64,000 nt of DNA from Octopus vulgaris (GCA_951406725.2 OX597827.1:81344001-81408000); one strand, 5' to 3'; shown: positions 38,071-53,967, counted from the first letter of the stretch. The notes: a model not told the origin generated them from the letters alone. Translations and numbers: made by a program.

Positions 38071-40494
38071 ATGGAAGTAGGCTGTGTGTGGAATACATAC
38101 TTACTTGCAAATGTCCTCAATCTATTACTACACAGTTGTGTCTGTGTAGATCTGAGCTATCATGTAGAAGAAGAAAGCAGTCCCTTTACTTTTGTTGGGG
38201 ATATTGCTGCTGACACACAGATGGAAGAAACGGACTCTCTTGTGGGAAATAACTTCATCACATACAACCAAATGCAACAGCAATGGACAGAGAATTCACA
38301 TTTATTCAATGTCACACAAGATGGTAAATTGTACACGGCTCAAACATTGGATGCAGAGGAACTGTGTACATACGAATCAGATTGTGTTAGATACATCAAA
38401 GTTGCTGTACATAGAAGGAAGACATTTTTGAAAATTATTAAAATTAAAGTAATTATAGAAGATATTAATGATCACAGCCCTGAGTTTCCTCAGAGTGAGA
38501 TAAATCTGACATTTGGTGAGCGTGATGGGGAGGGTGCTGAAGGATTGATTCCAGAAGCCTTTGACAAAGATATTGGAATGGAAAATTCTGAAATTACATA
38601 TAAATTGAAGAAACAATTTAGTGATCCATTTATATTGTCTGTGAGGAAAACTATCACTGGAGGGGCAAAGATAGGAATTATTCTTGGAGACAAACTAGAC
38701 AGAGAAATACAAGATAGTTACAATCTAGAAGTGATAGCTAATGATGGAGGACAACCTTCAAAGGAAGGAATTTTACAAGTTCATATAAAAATAATTGATG
38801 TGAATGATAACTCACCAGTTTTTTCAAAACATATTTACAATATTTCCATCAAAAATACACATCCTAACAACAACCCCATTTTGACATTGTCTGCAAAAGA
38901 CCCAGATTCTGGCAATAATGGTAAAGTGTCTTATTTTTTGAGTTCAAAAACACCAGAACGCACAAGACAGTATTTCAGACTGAACCAACAAACTGGAGAA
39001 TTATTTGTAGAAAAACTATTAACATCACAAACAAAGAATATTCTCAAGATGTATGTGGAGGCAAAAGATGGTGGGAATCCATCCTTAAATTCCTTTGCCA
39101 TTGTACGGGTGAATATTCTCAATGAAAAGAACCATCCCCCCAAAATAGGGATCAATTTTGTGTCTGAATTGAAGAAGGACACTGCAGCTATTTACGAAGG
39201 AACTAAAGTGGGCAGTTTTCTAGCTTATGTGAATGTGGTGGACAATGATTTTGGAGCGAATGGAGAAGTGAGTTGTAAATTAGAACATGATATAGTTGTC
39301 CTCTCACATTTAGGATCAAAGGAATACAAGATTACTCTGAAGAAATCCCTTGACAGAGAAACATTAGACCACTTTAACATGAGAATTGTGTGTGAAGACA
39401 ATGGAAGCCCTGCTTTGAAGACGGAGAGAAAGATCTCAATCCAAGTAATGGATGTGAATGATGTGCAACCGCAATTTACCAAAGATACATTCCACTTCCT
39501 CACCTATGAGAATGGTAAAGCAAACTTTCCTATAGGTTTTATCAATGCCACTGACCCAGACCTGGCAAGTGCTGGTCAACTGACGTTCTCACTGTTGAGT
39601 AAAGACAGAAATAACATACCGTTCCAGGTGAGTGATTATGGTTTTATTACCAGCAACATACCATTGGACAGAGAAGAAGAAGACATGTATAAGTTTGAGG
39701 TTTTTGTCAAAGACAATGGTAAACCGTCGTTGAATAACACAGCGAATGTTGTTGTTGAGGTTTTAGACAGAAACGACAATAATCCGTATTTCATCTACCC
39801 TACAACTGACCCTTTCCATATCAATGTCCACTACCACCCGCAAAGTACCAATGCCATCACTGTGATTAGAGCGTCTGACAGAGACAGTCATTTAAATGCG
39901 TTCCTCAAATATGGAATACTTGACGGTAACAATAAACGCTTGTTTACACTCAACTCTTTAACTGGTCAAATGTCTTTCTCGCGTGCACCTCATCTCAACG
40001 ATGCTGGCTCATACGAACTGGTGCTTGTGGTCAAGGATTCTGGAAGCCCAGTGTTGTCAGCCACAACTACTGTGTCTTTGTCATTAAGGGTCACTAACAA
40101 AACATCAGCACCGATGCCGGCTGTCCACTTAGAGAAGAACAGAACACTGGACGTACCATTATTGATTATCCTTGTAGTAGCAGCTGTAATAGTAGCTGTG
40201 GTGATTGTAGTGTCGATCACACTGTGTATTGTGAAATGTAGCAGTGGTCAGTCTCGCTCTGCCAAGAGCACTAGGAAAGGTGTTAATAGGTCAGCTATAT
40301 GTAACAGAATTGATCAACCTTTACCGTGTCAGAGCAGCAGTATTCCTGGTACCCCAGTGAGGTACTCTTCAGAGATGAATAATAGAAACATGCCATTTTT
40401 GGAATGTAAGGAAGATTTCTACCCGCAGTATGAGTCTCAGATTGATTGGTCAAACGTGGGTACCCTGGAGAAGAGTCCACCCAATACAATATTG
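38071..40494 (+). CDS. Pcdh: Protocadherin unit 3, main coding exon (808 codons)
   Basis: Same architecture; acceptor at 38038, donor at 40495. Confidence 0.95.
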
Positions 40495-41849
40495 GTAAGT
40501 ATAAGTTTACAAACCGCCACTACCATCACCACCACCATTAACATCATCATCATTATCACATCAACAACAACACCCAACGTCATTTTAGTGCCTTTCAGTT
40601 TGCCATACTCTCTGCAGAGCCCAGCAAAATGACACAATATATATTTTGACCCCTAATGTACTTCAGACTGCTTATAGATGTGAATAATAAATATGTCTAT
40701 CTGTAATCAGTTAATTAGAAATGGAGGGATGCTGCTAATTACTTTTATTCATTTACTCTTAATGACATGTGTAGAATATAAGGAGGGATGGAATAATGAC
40801 AATGGGGTGGAAGGATCGAGTTTAGAATGGAAATAGGTGGCTGTGATGGATTATAGAGAGGGAGCCACAGTGACCGTTACCTGAGTATGTGTAGTGTGTG
40901 TGTGTATGCATGCGTGTGTCATCGTTACTGTGTTTGTCCCTGCACCACCACTACTTGACAACCGGTGTTGGTGTATTTATGTCCCTAGTTAGCAGTTAAA
41001 CAAATTGGAAGAGGCTGAAAAAAATTAAGTCCTGGGGTCCATTTCTTTGGTCAAACATGATATGTCATACATTGGTGAATATTTTGATCAGATATATTCC
41101 CAGTTTGATTACAAAGAATCCATGCCATAGATTGGTCAGATATATAGTCTTACATAGCTCATACGTAACTACAATATTTTCACTATTGGTCAACGGTATT
41201 CTGATGTGAGTAGCTACCTCTTCTGCGCATCAGCTGTTTCCAGAATAAAATGCGTCTTGTACATAAGTGCCTTAGTGTCCCTCCCTCTGGATGTTTTGTA
41301 GGGGTTTACTCTCTTAGCCATGTTTAAAGGATCAATAAATCACCCACAATGCACCAGGGTGTTATTGTTATTGTGTGCATGGTTTGTGCAGAGCCCATCC
41401 CACTCTCCTGTTCCCCAAACTTGTATTGATCTGATGTAACAAAATCCAGGGGTCCAGTAGTTAGCAGGATGCAGGATTTGTCTGGATTTACCTTCTCTTA
41501 GACGACCTGCAAAAGAGCTGAAGGGTTTCATCTGCCCTGGGCTTGTTATGATGTCTGTAAATTATCTCGATGCTATTCCATAAAATGCTAAAATTTCAGT
41601 GGGTGCTACTACAAGGGGTCAGAGCAGATCTGGTAACAATAGAGGCTAAGAAAGTGTCCCACATTTCTCAAAACTGGAACTTCTGAAGAAGGCCCCCTCC
41701 AACCGATGTACTTTAAAGACAAGACAAAGGCCTCTAATACATTGGGTCACCATGATAGCTGTCAGATATATTGTCTGGCATACATTTGAGGTGACATACT
41801 TTAATCAATGTTCTGTTAAACTCTTTCTCTCTTTCTTTCTCCATTCCAG

Positions 41850-41873
41850 TTACCAACAAGAATTAAAAAATAA
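41850..41873 (+). CDS. Pcdh: Unit 3 terminal coding exon (LPTRIKK*)
   Basis: ctccattccag|TTACCAACAAGAATTAAAAAATAA. Confidence 0.65.
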   Translation, partial: LPTRIKK

Positions 41874-43536
41874 AACCACATTTCTGCCAAGGAAAAAAGA
41901 TATTGTTACACAGACAGACTCTGGAATATTCTGTGAGGATCTTACCATCTTACCATAGTGGAATATTTGATGGACACATTCTTAACAACACACACACAAA
42001 CACACACACTAGAATCACAAACACAGACACACATAAGACTGTAGTAGTACACACACACCTACACACATTACATCAATGCACACACAGAAAGACACATTAA
42101 CACATTCATACAAATTTTCACCCTATATGTATACACACACAAACACACTTTATCCCCATGCTAATATCCAGTTTTTCCTATACATTCCTAGCTAGGCTTG
42201 AACCCATTCAACTCTATATCACACAATTTGTTGCATTCCTTTGCTGTCTTCTCTCAAAGGTTCCCATCTCCCTCTGTCTCTCTTGGATTTCCTCTCCCCC
42301 AGACTCCTTCCAGTTCCTCCAATGACATCCTTACTCCACTGCAACCATCTATTTACATCTCAGATCTACACAACCACACCCATGTCATTTCTACTAAACA
42401 CCTAGCCCCTACCTCCCCGTTTCTGTACTACACCTGATATTCCTTTAGCCAGGTTTCCTTTCATCTAATCTCTCTCTTCTTGCTCAATACTCACCAAAAT
42501 TACACAAGACAGTGGGGATTACTTGCTTCCTTTCTTACCAACTTCTACATCTGAATGTTCAACATTCAATACCTTTGTCTTATTGCTAAGCAGTACTTGT
42601 TTTTGTAATACAAGACTAACAAGCAATCTACACATCATTTGCAGTGAGATTACTTTTGTTGCCAGCAGGGATAAAAGAACCCTGACCTTCTTTTACTGTA
42701 GTTTTCTTCTGGCTACAATGTACTCAGGACACACTCGTCTACTATTGATTGTGCTTCATTCAATCGGTGGGTGTTGAGACACAAAAACCAATGCCCAGCT
42801 ATCCCCCAAAACCAGTCTCTCACAATATCCCCTGCTTAAATGCTGATAAATATTCTGATAGTCTAATAATTCATCAAAGCATACGATATGGTTATCACCT
42901 GGCTGTTAGCTGATGATGATGATATATATATATATATAAACACACATATATATATATATACTTACATATATGATGATATATATATTGATGTATATCTGTA
43001 TACAGATATAATATATATATAGATATATATGTATATACACACATACACATACATATGTAGATATACACACATATACACAGATATAATTATATATATAAAT
43101 ATATTTATATATAAAAGTATACATATATAATAAGTGTGTGCGTGTGTGTATAAAGTATAATCCGTCAGAGGGCAGCCAAGAGGTAAAAAGAGAGACAAAC
43201 CATCAGGCAGGTGACTAAAGACTAGCCACATGCAACCATACATAAATATACATATATAAATATTTACATACAATCATGTTTTGTAACACATGATAAACGC
43301 ATCCTCTATTGTATATCTATATACAACAACACACCAACTCGTTTCCCAACACAACCGATAGAGTTACTACACATCACACATCGTTACAACACACCAGCAT
43401 TACACAACACTCCATTGTTAGACTATAAACCATAGAACTACAAACTGTGTATATTTACACAGCACACAGTCTATACACAGCTCTTATGACACACACACAT
43501 CACTGCAGTATATGTGTAGAAGCAGTGTGTGTGTGT

Positions 43537-43687
43537 GCAGCAGACTACAGCAGCAGAAACAACAGCAGCAGTAGTTACAGCCTGAGATCCACATCTCTAC
43601 TACCACACACACACACACACACAGAGTGACACACCACTAGACACTCCCTCACACACTGCCACACTGATTATGGATGAGACAATGGAG
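43537..43687 (+). other. Unit 4 leader exon (5' end approximate)
   Basis: uATG at 43670; GAG|gtaagt. Confidence 0.7.
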
Positions 43688-44534
43688 GTAAGTCTACATC
43701 TATCTTCTTTCATTTCCCATCTTTCCTCTTTAATATCATGTGAAAATATATAAGAGACAAGAGAAAACCAAAGGGACATTCAGAGAAACACCCTTATATC
43801 ACTCACAAATATCAGCAAATGTTTTACTCACAACATACAACTTCACTGGGCAAAATACTAACTATTATTATTATTATTAGATTATTTAACAATCCAGTGT
43901 CATTTCACAAATATTCTGGTTCTATATTGATAGAGTTTATAATAATTGTTATTGTTTTAGTCTCCTATGTTGTTGGTTCGGTGAAATTAGATGCAAAGTT
44001 TGTCTCACTAAATCTCATTTCTCACAGGAAATCTCCATTTTGTCTTCACAACATTCCGTCTCTTCTCTTTAGCCAGATTATTTCATTTGTAGATTTCCTG
44101 CAGACACTCTAACAAAATATCATTATATTCCCAGAAATATTTCTTACTTAATATTTCTCTATTCATTTTATCATATCACAATGTATAAATGATGTTCTAA
44201 AAGCATTTATAGAAACGATTTAACGAAGGAGGTCTTCATAATGAATCTATAATCACAGAGTAGCAGATATCATTCTGATGTCAGACATGGTTGTTTGAGG
44301 GATTGTGTGAGCAATTTGTTGTGGAAAATATATTTTAGTGTCAAAGTGAAGACAACAAGACATAGAAATACAAGTGGATCTTTTTTTCTGTGGTGTGTGT
44401 GGATTAGTAATGTTGAAAATAATAATAATAATATTAATAATGATAGCCATTCGTTAGACACATTGTTGTATATTGTGAATAGCAGCAGACATTTTGCTGT
44501 GATACAAAGTCATATGGTGATTAATTTTCTTACG

Positions 44535-44579
<45 letters not shown>

Positions 44580-45014
44580 GTGTGTGTTTGGTTCTGTCAG
44601 TATTTATTGTTTAAGATATTGTACAGTGTATATATTAACATTTCAGCATGAGCTATACATTGTATATTGTTAACTTAGTTTATAATCACTGGTGTATACA
44701 TTTTTAAACATGGCTATATAACGATGAGAAATCTTGCTTGTTGAAGCCTTTTCTTTCTGTTGTTCTTCAATTTCTTATATAAATATACACACACCTACAT
44801 ATATAAATATATAAATATACATATATATATATATATCTATATATATATATATATATATATATATAGATATATATATATGTACATATATACATACACACAG
44901 AACATTCTCAATGAATGTGATTCATCTCTCATAGAACTATAATGGTTCATAAGAATTGTTATAAATCTGTATCTGCCAAAACTACACTTGTCTGTTAGAC
45001 TATTTGTCTGTCTG

Positions 45015-45046
<32 letters not shown>

Positions 45047-45171
45047 ACTTCCTTCTCTCTCTCTCTCTCTCTCTCTCCCTTCTCTCTCTCTTTCTCACAT
45101 GCACACACACACACATTCTTCTTTCTATAACACGGAATACAGTATTGTTGTTATATTTCAATATATTTTAG

Positions 45172-45301
45172 GGCCATTTCCAACGGAAGGGACCAAAACA
45201 CTGAAGCCCAACTCTGTTCTCACCAAAATGGGATGACTTTAAGTTATTAACTTGAAGAAATCCTGTCTTTTAATTTGGATATTGAAGAATTCCTACTTTT
45301 G
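45172..45301 (+). other. Unit 4 second 5'UTR exon
   Basis: tattttag|GGCC ... TTTG|gtaagg, 130 nt. Confidence 0.65.
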
Positions 45302-46850
45302 GTAAGGTTTTCTGATTTCTTTAAAGGATTTGTTATCCAAACATTATTGTTCAATACAGTTTTAAATGTATTTAGTTTTTTAATTTAATTAATTTTAACA
45401 GTTGTTAATATATTATCACATATTTCCTATATTCTGCTTATAAACAATGTGATATTCAGACATATCTCACATTATTCTATGTAATGTAGGCATCCACTTT
45501 CTCTCTGGGTCTCTGTTCAAAATAAATTTATGACATTTTTTTCATCTGTAAGAGAGTAAAAGGGTCCTATTTAAGGGTTAACTTGCAATTATATATGAGT
45601 ACCTTTAAAAGGAGACACATAAATGAAAAGACAGACATATTGAATCAGTGAAAGACAGAGGGAGAGAGAGAGAGAGAGAAGAAGAAAGAGAAGCCTGTTG
45701 CTAGGATCATTTAGGGATGAAGGTTTTGTTTCAATTAAAAATCAGTGGCTGATGTTAAGTTGAAGATGTTGATGTTTAGGATCCAGTAATTTTGATTATG
45801 TTGATTGTCTGATAAAATCATCTGAGATTTCAGTAGGTAATTAATAATGAGATAGATAGATCGATAGATAGATCGATAGATAGATAGAGACACAAACGGA
45901 TATAATATACATACATACATACATATATATATATACAGAGAGAGAGAGAGAGAAAGAGGAGAAAGAGACTGAAATAGAGATAGAGGGATAGATATAATCT
46001 TTATCTTCACAGAATTCTGATGTTGAATGAAAAGTGAAATAAAACAGGTATTAATGCATCAAAAGCAAAAGAACAATCGTTTTGTCAATTCCAGGAATGA
46101 CTGCTTAGTAAAAACGAGATGAAGATATCTCCAGTTTTAAGATAATATGCAACTGTGATGAGAATTTTCAGACCATTCCATAATCTGTGCCTATAAAATA
46201 TCCTCACGTAGTCGCCCCATTGCATTCCTAACACAAGGGAGACAATTGAATATTGTCGGCTCCATAAATGCAGTTACCTCCCGTACCTATTTTGGTTAGA
46301 TTCAAAATTGGAGGGAATTTTGGAGACAACTTCGAAGATGTCATAAATTCTCATCAAATACTCTATTTCCACTTTCTTCATGGATATATATCTTTGGATT
46401 TATATCCAAATTTTCAAGCATGTAACATTTTATTTGTTATAAGTAAAATTAACTATCTGTAAGATCCACAAAATGTTCCCTTGAGAGAAAAGAATTTAGG
46501 GAACAAAACCCTGAAATTATTGAAACTTTGAACTACAAAGAAAGATATCATAAAAGCTAACTCCTTTCTGTTCTGCTGACCATAATAGTTTAGAAATTTT
46601 CTTCAATTTCATCAAAAGATTCTTTCTAAAACTTCTAATTTACAGTGAAATGCTATGACATACACTAAGACATGTCATAAATGCTCACTCCTTTCTTTCG
46701 ACTTTACTATAATTCACATGAAATTTTAAACAATTTCAACAAATGATTCTTTCCAAAACCTCAAACTTTCAGTGAGATATTTCAATAAAAATATTCTATT
46801 TTCTTCTGTAATTTCAGATAAACTCACGAGATATGATTTAACATTCTGTG

Positions 46851-49274
46851 ATGGAAGTAGGCTGTGTGTGGAATACATACTTACTTGCAAATGTCCTCAA
46901 TCTATTACTACACAGTTGTGTCTGTGTAGATCTGAGCTATCATGTAGAAGAAGAAAGCAGTCCCTTTACTTTTGTTGGGGATATTGCTGCTGACACACAG
47001 ATGGAAGAAACGGACTCTCTTGTGGGAAATAACTTCATCACATACAACCAAATACAGAGACAAAGAACAGGAAATTCACATTTGTTTAATGTCACACAAG
47101 ATGGTAAATTGTACACGGCTCAAACATTGGATGCAGAGAAACTGTGTACATACGAATCAGATTGTGTTAGATACATCAAAGTTGCTGTACGTAGAAGGAA
47201 GACATTTTTGAAAGTTATTAAAATTAAAGTAATTATAGAAGACATTAACGATCACAGCCCTGAGTTTCCTCAAGAAGAAATAAATCTGACATTTGGTGAG
47301 CGTGATGGGGAGGGTGCTGAAGGATTAATTCCAGATGCCATTGACAAAGATATTGGAATGGAAAACTCTGAAGTTACATACAAATTGAAGAAACAATTTA
47401 GTGATCCATTTATATTGTCTGTGAAGAAAACCATCACAGGAAGAGCAAAGATCGGAATTATTCTTGGAGACAAACTAGACAGAGAAATTAAAGATAGTTA
47501 CAATCTAGAAGTGATAGCTAATGATGGAGGGCAACCTTCAAAACAAGGAATTCTACATGTTCATATAAAAATAATTGATGTGAATGATAACTCACCAGTT
47601 TTTTCAAAACATATTTACAATATTTCCATCAAAAATACACATCCTAACAACAACCCTATTTTGACATTGTCTGCAAAAGACCCAGATTCTGGCAATAATG
47701 GTAAAGTGTCTTATTTTTTTAGTCCGGAAACACCAGAACGTACAAGAAGACATTTCAGATTGAACCAACAAACTGGGGAATTATTTGTAGAAAAACCATT
47801 AACATCAAATACAAAGAATATTCTCAAGATGTATGTGGAGGCGAAAGATGGAGGGAATCCATCCTTAAATTCCTTTGCCATTGTACGGGTGAATGTTCTC
47901 AATGAAAAGAACCATGCTCCTGAAATTGATATAAATTTTGTGTCTGAATTGAAGAAGGACACTGCAGCTATTTATGAAGGAACTAAAGTGGGCAGTTATC
48001 TAGCTTATGTGAATGTGGTGGACAACGATGTTGGAGCAAATGGAGAAGTGAGTTGTAAATTAGAACATGATAAAGTTGTCCTCTCACATTTAGGATCAAA
48101 GGAATACAAGATTACTCTGAAGAAATCCCTTGACAGAGAAACATTAGACCATTTTAACATGAGAATTGTGTGTGAAGACAATGGAAGCCCTGCTTTAAAG
48201 ACGGAGAGAAAGATCTCAATCCAAGTAATGGATGTGAACGATGTGCAACCGCAATTTACCAAAGATACATTCCACTTCCTCACCTATGAGAATGGTAAAG
48301 CAAACTTTCCTATAGGTTTTATCAATGCCACTGACCCAGACCTGGCAAGTGCTGGTCAACTGACGTTCTCACTGTTGAGTAAAGACAGAAATAACATACC
48401 GTTCCAGGTGAGTGATTATGGTTTTATTACCAGCAACATACCATTGGACAGAGAAGAAGAAGACATGTATAAGTTTGAGGTTTTTGTCAAAGACAATGGT
48501 AAACCGTCGTTGAATAACACAGCGAATGTTGTTGTTGAGGTTTTAGACAGAAACGACAATAATCCGTATTTCATCTACCCTACAACTGACCCTTTCCATA
48601 TCAATGTCCACTACCGCCCGCAAAGTACCAATGCCATCACTGTGATTAGAGCGTCTGACAGAGACAGTCATTTAAATGCGTTCCTCAAATATGGAATACT
48701 TGACGGTAACAATAAACGCTTGTTTACACTCAACTCTTTAACTGGTCAAATGTCTTTCTCGCGTGCACCTCATCTCAACGATGCTGGCTCATACGAACTG
48801 GTGCTTGTGGTCAAGGATTCTGGTAGCCCAGTGTTGTCAGCCACAACTACTGTGTCTTTGTCATTAAGAGTCACTAACAAGACATCAGCACCAATGCCAA
48901 CTGTCCACTTAGAGAAGAACAGAACACTGGACGTACCGTTATTGATTATCCTTGTAGTAGCAGCTGTAATAGTAGCTGTGGTGATTGTAGTGTCGATCAC
49001 ACTGTGTATTGTGAAATGTAGCAGTGGTCAGTCTCGCTCTGCCAAGAGCACTAGGAAAGGTGTTAATAGGTCAGCTATATGTAACAGAATTGATCAACCT
49101 TTACCGTGTCAGAGCAGCAGTATTCCTGGTACCCCAGTGAGGTACTCTTCTGAGATGAATAATAGAAACATGCCATTTGTGGAATGTAAGGAAGATTTCT
49201 ACCCGCAGTATGAGTCTCAGATTGATTGGTCAAACGTGGGTACCCTGGAGAAGAGTCCACCCAATACAATATTG
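46851..49274 (+). CDS. Pcdh: Protocadherin unit 4, main coding exon (808 codons)
   Basis: Same architecture; acceptor at 46818, donor at 49275. Confidence 0.95.
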
Positions 49275-49921
49275 GTAAGTATAAGTTTACTAACCACCAC
49301 CCCAACTGCCATCATCATCGTTATCACTTCCACAACCACCCGCAATATCATGTCAATGCCTTTCAGCTTGCCATATACTCAGCAGAGCCCAACAACGCCA
49401 CACAATATATATTTTGACCCCTAATGTACCCTTGCTTGCTTATAGACTTGAAGTGGATATATGTCTATCTGTAATCAGTTAATTAGAGATGGAGGGATAC
49501 TGCTAATTACTTTTATAGATTGATTGAGTATCTTTGGTATTGATTAAGTTTTGAACTTCTTCTGATTCCTAATGACACGAGTAGAATATGAGGGATGGAA
49601 TTAATGATGCTGGGGTGGAAGTATTGTGTTCAGCATGAAAACGGGTGGCTGTGATGGATTATAGATAGGGAAGTACTGTGACTGTTATCTGAGTGGAGCA
49701 GAGGATATTGTTGTAGGGGTAGGAAATACAGTGAGAAGATACAGTGTGTTTGTGGTTGTTAGGTGTTGTGAATTTCCATGAATAATGTGAATTACATTTG
49801 TTGATTGGGTCTTGGGGGTTTGATATGGGATTAAGTAACTACAGGTGTGTCCTAGCCATGTGGTGAATACCCTAAAGGGGGTCTTTCTATAATTTCAAAC
49901 GTGGGAGGTCAGTATAACACA

Positions 49922-50296
49922 CAGGCATGGCTATCAGGTAAGAACCTTGCTTTCCAATCACATGGGTTTGGTTCTGTGCCATTGTGTGGCACATTGGCAC
50001 ATTATATCATAGCCATGGGCTTACCAAAGTCAAGGGAGTAGATTTGTTAGACAGAAACTGAAAGCATCCCATTGTATATATACATGTATATAAATACATT
50101 AATGTGTGTGTGTGTCATTGTTTCTGTGTTTGTCCCTGCACCACCACTACTTGACAACCTGTGTTGGTGTGTTTATGTTCCTAGTTAGCAGTTAAACAAA
50201 AGTCCTGGGGATCAATTGGTTCAAGTAAATCCCTGCAAAATATTGCCCCAGCATGGCCACAGTCAAATGATTTAAACAAGTGAAAGATGAAAGATA
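49922..50296 (+). mobile_element. tRNA-derived SINE in unit 4 intron 3
   Basis: caggcatggctatcaggtaagaacc..ggttctgtgcc head; gccccagcatggccacagtcaaatga..aaagatgaaagataa tail; same family as 4510-4838. Confidence 0.65.
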
Positions 50297-51410
50297 AGGG
50301 ACCATCACATAGTGTGAAGTCCCTTCATTTATTAAATGTTAGTGGGATTGGTGTTTATGGTTATGTTGAACATGAGTAGGGAAAAGGGAGCGTAAGATTG
50401 TTTCTATAATCTGTGTCATACATTGGTCAGTCATAATGTCTGTCATACAATGGGCTGATATGCTGCCTGCCATTTCTTTGGTCAAACATGATATGTCATA
50501 CATTGGAGAATATTTTGATCAGATATATTCTCAGTCATACATTTGATTACACGGAATCCATGCCATAGATTGGTCAGATATATAGTCTTACATAGCTCAC
50601 ACGTAACTACAATATTTTCACTATTGGTCAACGGTATTCTGAAGTGAGTAGCCACCTCTTCTGCGCATCAGCTGTTTCCAGAATAAAATGCGTCTTGTCC
50701 GAACCATATTTCTCACCTATCCACTCATCGATGCCAGCTATGAAGAACAGACATGTCAATAAATTTGCTGCATCAATGGAACCAAAGTGGATGCCAGCTT
50801 TTGGTTAAGTATATTTGTACATAAGTGCCTTAGTGTCCCTCCCTCTGGATGTTTTGTAGGGGTTTACTCTCTTAGCCATGTTTAAAGGATCAATAAATCA
50901 CCCCACAATGCACCAAGGTGTTATTGTTATTATGTGCATGGTTTGTGCAGAGCCAGTCCCACAAACTTGTATTGATCTGGTGTAACAAATGCCAGGGGTC
51001 CAGTAGTTAGCAGGATGCAGGATTTGTCTGGATTTACCTTCTCTTAGACGACCTGCTAAAGAGTTGAAGGGTTTCATCTGACCTGGACTTGTTATGATGT
51101 CTGTAAATTATCTCGATGCCATTCCATGAAATGCTAATTAACCCATGACCATGAGTTAGGTGGGTGCTACTACATGGGGTCAGAGTAGATCTGGTAACAA
51201 TAGAGGCTAAGAAAGTGTCCCACATTTCTCAAAACTGGAACTTCTGAAGAAGGCCCCCTCCAACCGATGTACTTTAAAGACAAGACAAAGGCCTCTAATA
51301 CATTGGGTCACCATGAAAGCTGTCAGATATATTGTCTGGCATACATTTGAGGTGACATACTTTAATCAATGTTCTGTTAAACTCTTTCTCTCTTTCTTTC
51401 TCCATTCCAG

Positions 51411-51434
51411 TTACCAACAAGAATTAAAAAATAA
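51411..51434 (+). CDS. Pcdh: Unit 4 terminal coding exon (LPTRIKK*)
   Basis: ctccattccag|TTACCAACAAGAATTAAAAAATAA. Confidence 0.65.
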   Translation, partial: LPTRIKK

Positions 51435-51910
51435 AACCACATTTCTGCCAAGGAAAAAAGATATTGTTACACAGACAGACTCTGGAATATTCTGTGAGGA
51501 TCTTACCATCTTACCATAGTGGAATATTTGATGGACACATTCTTAACAACACACACACAAACACACACACAAGAATCACACACACAGACACACATAAGAT
51601 TGTACTTGTATACACACACCTACACACATTACATCAATGCACACACAGAAAGACACATTAACACATTCATACAAATTTTCACCCTATGTGTATACACACA
51701 CACACTTTATCCCCATGCTAATATCCAGTTTTTCCTAGCTAGGCTTGAACCCATTCAACTCTATATCACACAATTTGTTGCATTCCTTTGCTGTCTTCTT
51801 TCTCAGGTTCACATCTCCCCACCTCTCTCTCTATATATAAATATATACACACACACATTAATGTGCATACATACAGTTATATGCACAGCTATGGATACAA
51901 CTCCATGTAC

Positions 51911-52009
<99 letters not shown>

Positions 52010-52135
52010 AATTGTGTACAGTGCTCAGGTGCACATGCAAAAATATAAAAATATACATACATATATATATAACTTACATATATGCACATATACTTACATG
52101 CATACATTCATGTGTATCTTTATATATCCATCTAC

Positions 52136-52192
<57 letters not shown>

Positions 52193-52196
52193 TATG

Positions 52197-52242
<46 letters not shown>

Positions 52243-52473
52243 CATATTTATATATATATATATATCTGTTGATTTATGCATATACAAAACTTCTCAGTCT
52301 ACTCAGATATTAGACCCTGAATTGAACAGTCCACACTGGAGCAAAACTTTGAATAACTCATCAACTTATCCAATCATGAACATAATGATCATGATATTGA
52401 TATTTATGTAAAATATATTTTGAGAAATGCTAAATATATTTTATAATATATAAATATACACATACATACGTAC

Positions 52474-52528
<55 letters not shown>

Positions 52529-52904
52529 CTCTTAGAGGGTAGCAAAAAGTAAAACAGGCTGACAAACTGGCAGGTAGGGAGAATAAACACTAGCCACATG
52601 CAACCATACATAAATATACATAAATATTTACATACAATCATGTTTTTAAACACACGATAAACGTATCCTCTATTGTATATCTATATACAACAACAAACTC
52701 GTTTCCCAACACAACCGATAGAGTTACTACACATCACACATCGTTACAACACACCAGCATTACACAACACTCCATTGTTAGACTATAAACCATAGAACTA
52801 CAAACTGTGTATATTTACACAGCACACAGTCTATACACAGCTCTTATGACACACACACATCACTGCAGTATGTGTGTAGAAGCAGTGTGTGTGTGTGTGT
52901 GTGT

Positions 52905-52970
52905 GCAGCAGACTACAGCAGCAGAAACAACAGCAGCAGTAGTTACAGCCTGAGATCCACATCTCTACTA

Positions 52971-53005
<35 letters not shown>

Positions 53006-53065
53006 GACACACCACTAGACACTCCCTCACACACTGCCACACTGATTATGGATGAGACAATGGAG
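52905..53065 (+). other. Unit 5 leader exon (5' end approximate)
   Basis: uATG at 53048; GAG|gtaagt. Confidence 0.7.
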
Positions 53066-53243
53066 GTAAGTCTACATCTATCTTCTTTCATTTCCCATCT
53101 TTCCTCTTTAATATCATGTGAAAATATATAAGAGACAAGAGAAAACCAAAGAGACATTCAGAGAAACACCCTTATATCACTCACAAATATCAGCAAATGT
53201 TTTACTCACAACATACAACTTCACTGGGCAAAATACTAACTAC

Positions 53244-53278
<35 letters not shown>

Positions 53279-53931
53279 GATTATTTAACAATCCAGTGTC
53301 ATTTCACAAATATTCTGGTTCTATATTGATAGAGTTTATAATAATTGTTATTGTTTTAGTCTCCTATGTTGTTGGTTAGGTGAAATTAGATGCAAAGTTT
53401 GTCTCACTAAATCTCATTTCTCACAGGAAATCTCCATTTTGTCTTCACATCATTCCGTCTCTTCTCTTTAGCCAGATTATTTCATTTGTAGATTTCCTGC
53501 AGACACTCTAACAATATATCATTATATTCCCAGAAATATTTCTTACTTAATATTTCTCTATTCATTTTATCATATCACAATGTATAAATGATGTTCTAAA
53601 AGCATTTATAGAAACGATTTAACGAAGGAGGTCTTCATAATGAATCTATAATCACAGAGTAGCAGATATCGTTCTGATGTCAGACATGGTTGTTTGAGGG
53701 ATTGTGTGAGCAATTTGTTGTGGAAAATATATTTTAGTGTCAAAGTGAAGACAACAAGACATAGAAATACAAGTGGATCTTTTTTTCTGTGGTGTGTGTG
53801 GATTAGTAATGTTCAAAATAATAATAATATTAATAATGATAGCCATTCGTTAGACACATTGTTGTATATTGTGAATAGCAGCAGACATGTTTGCTGTGAT
53901 ACAGAGTCATTTGGTGATTAATTTTCTTGTG

Positions 53932-53967
<36 letters not shown>

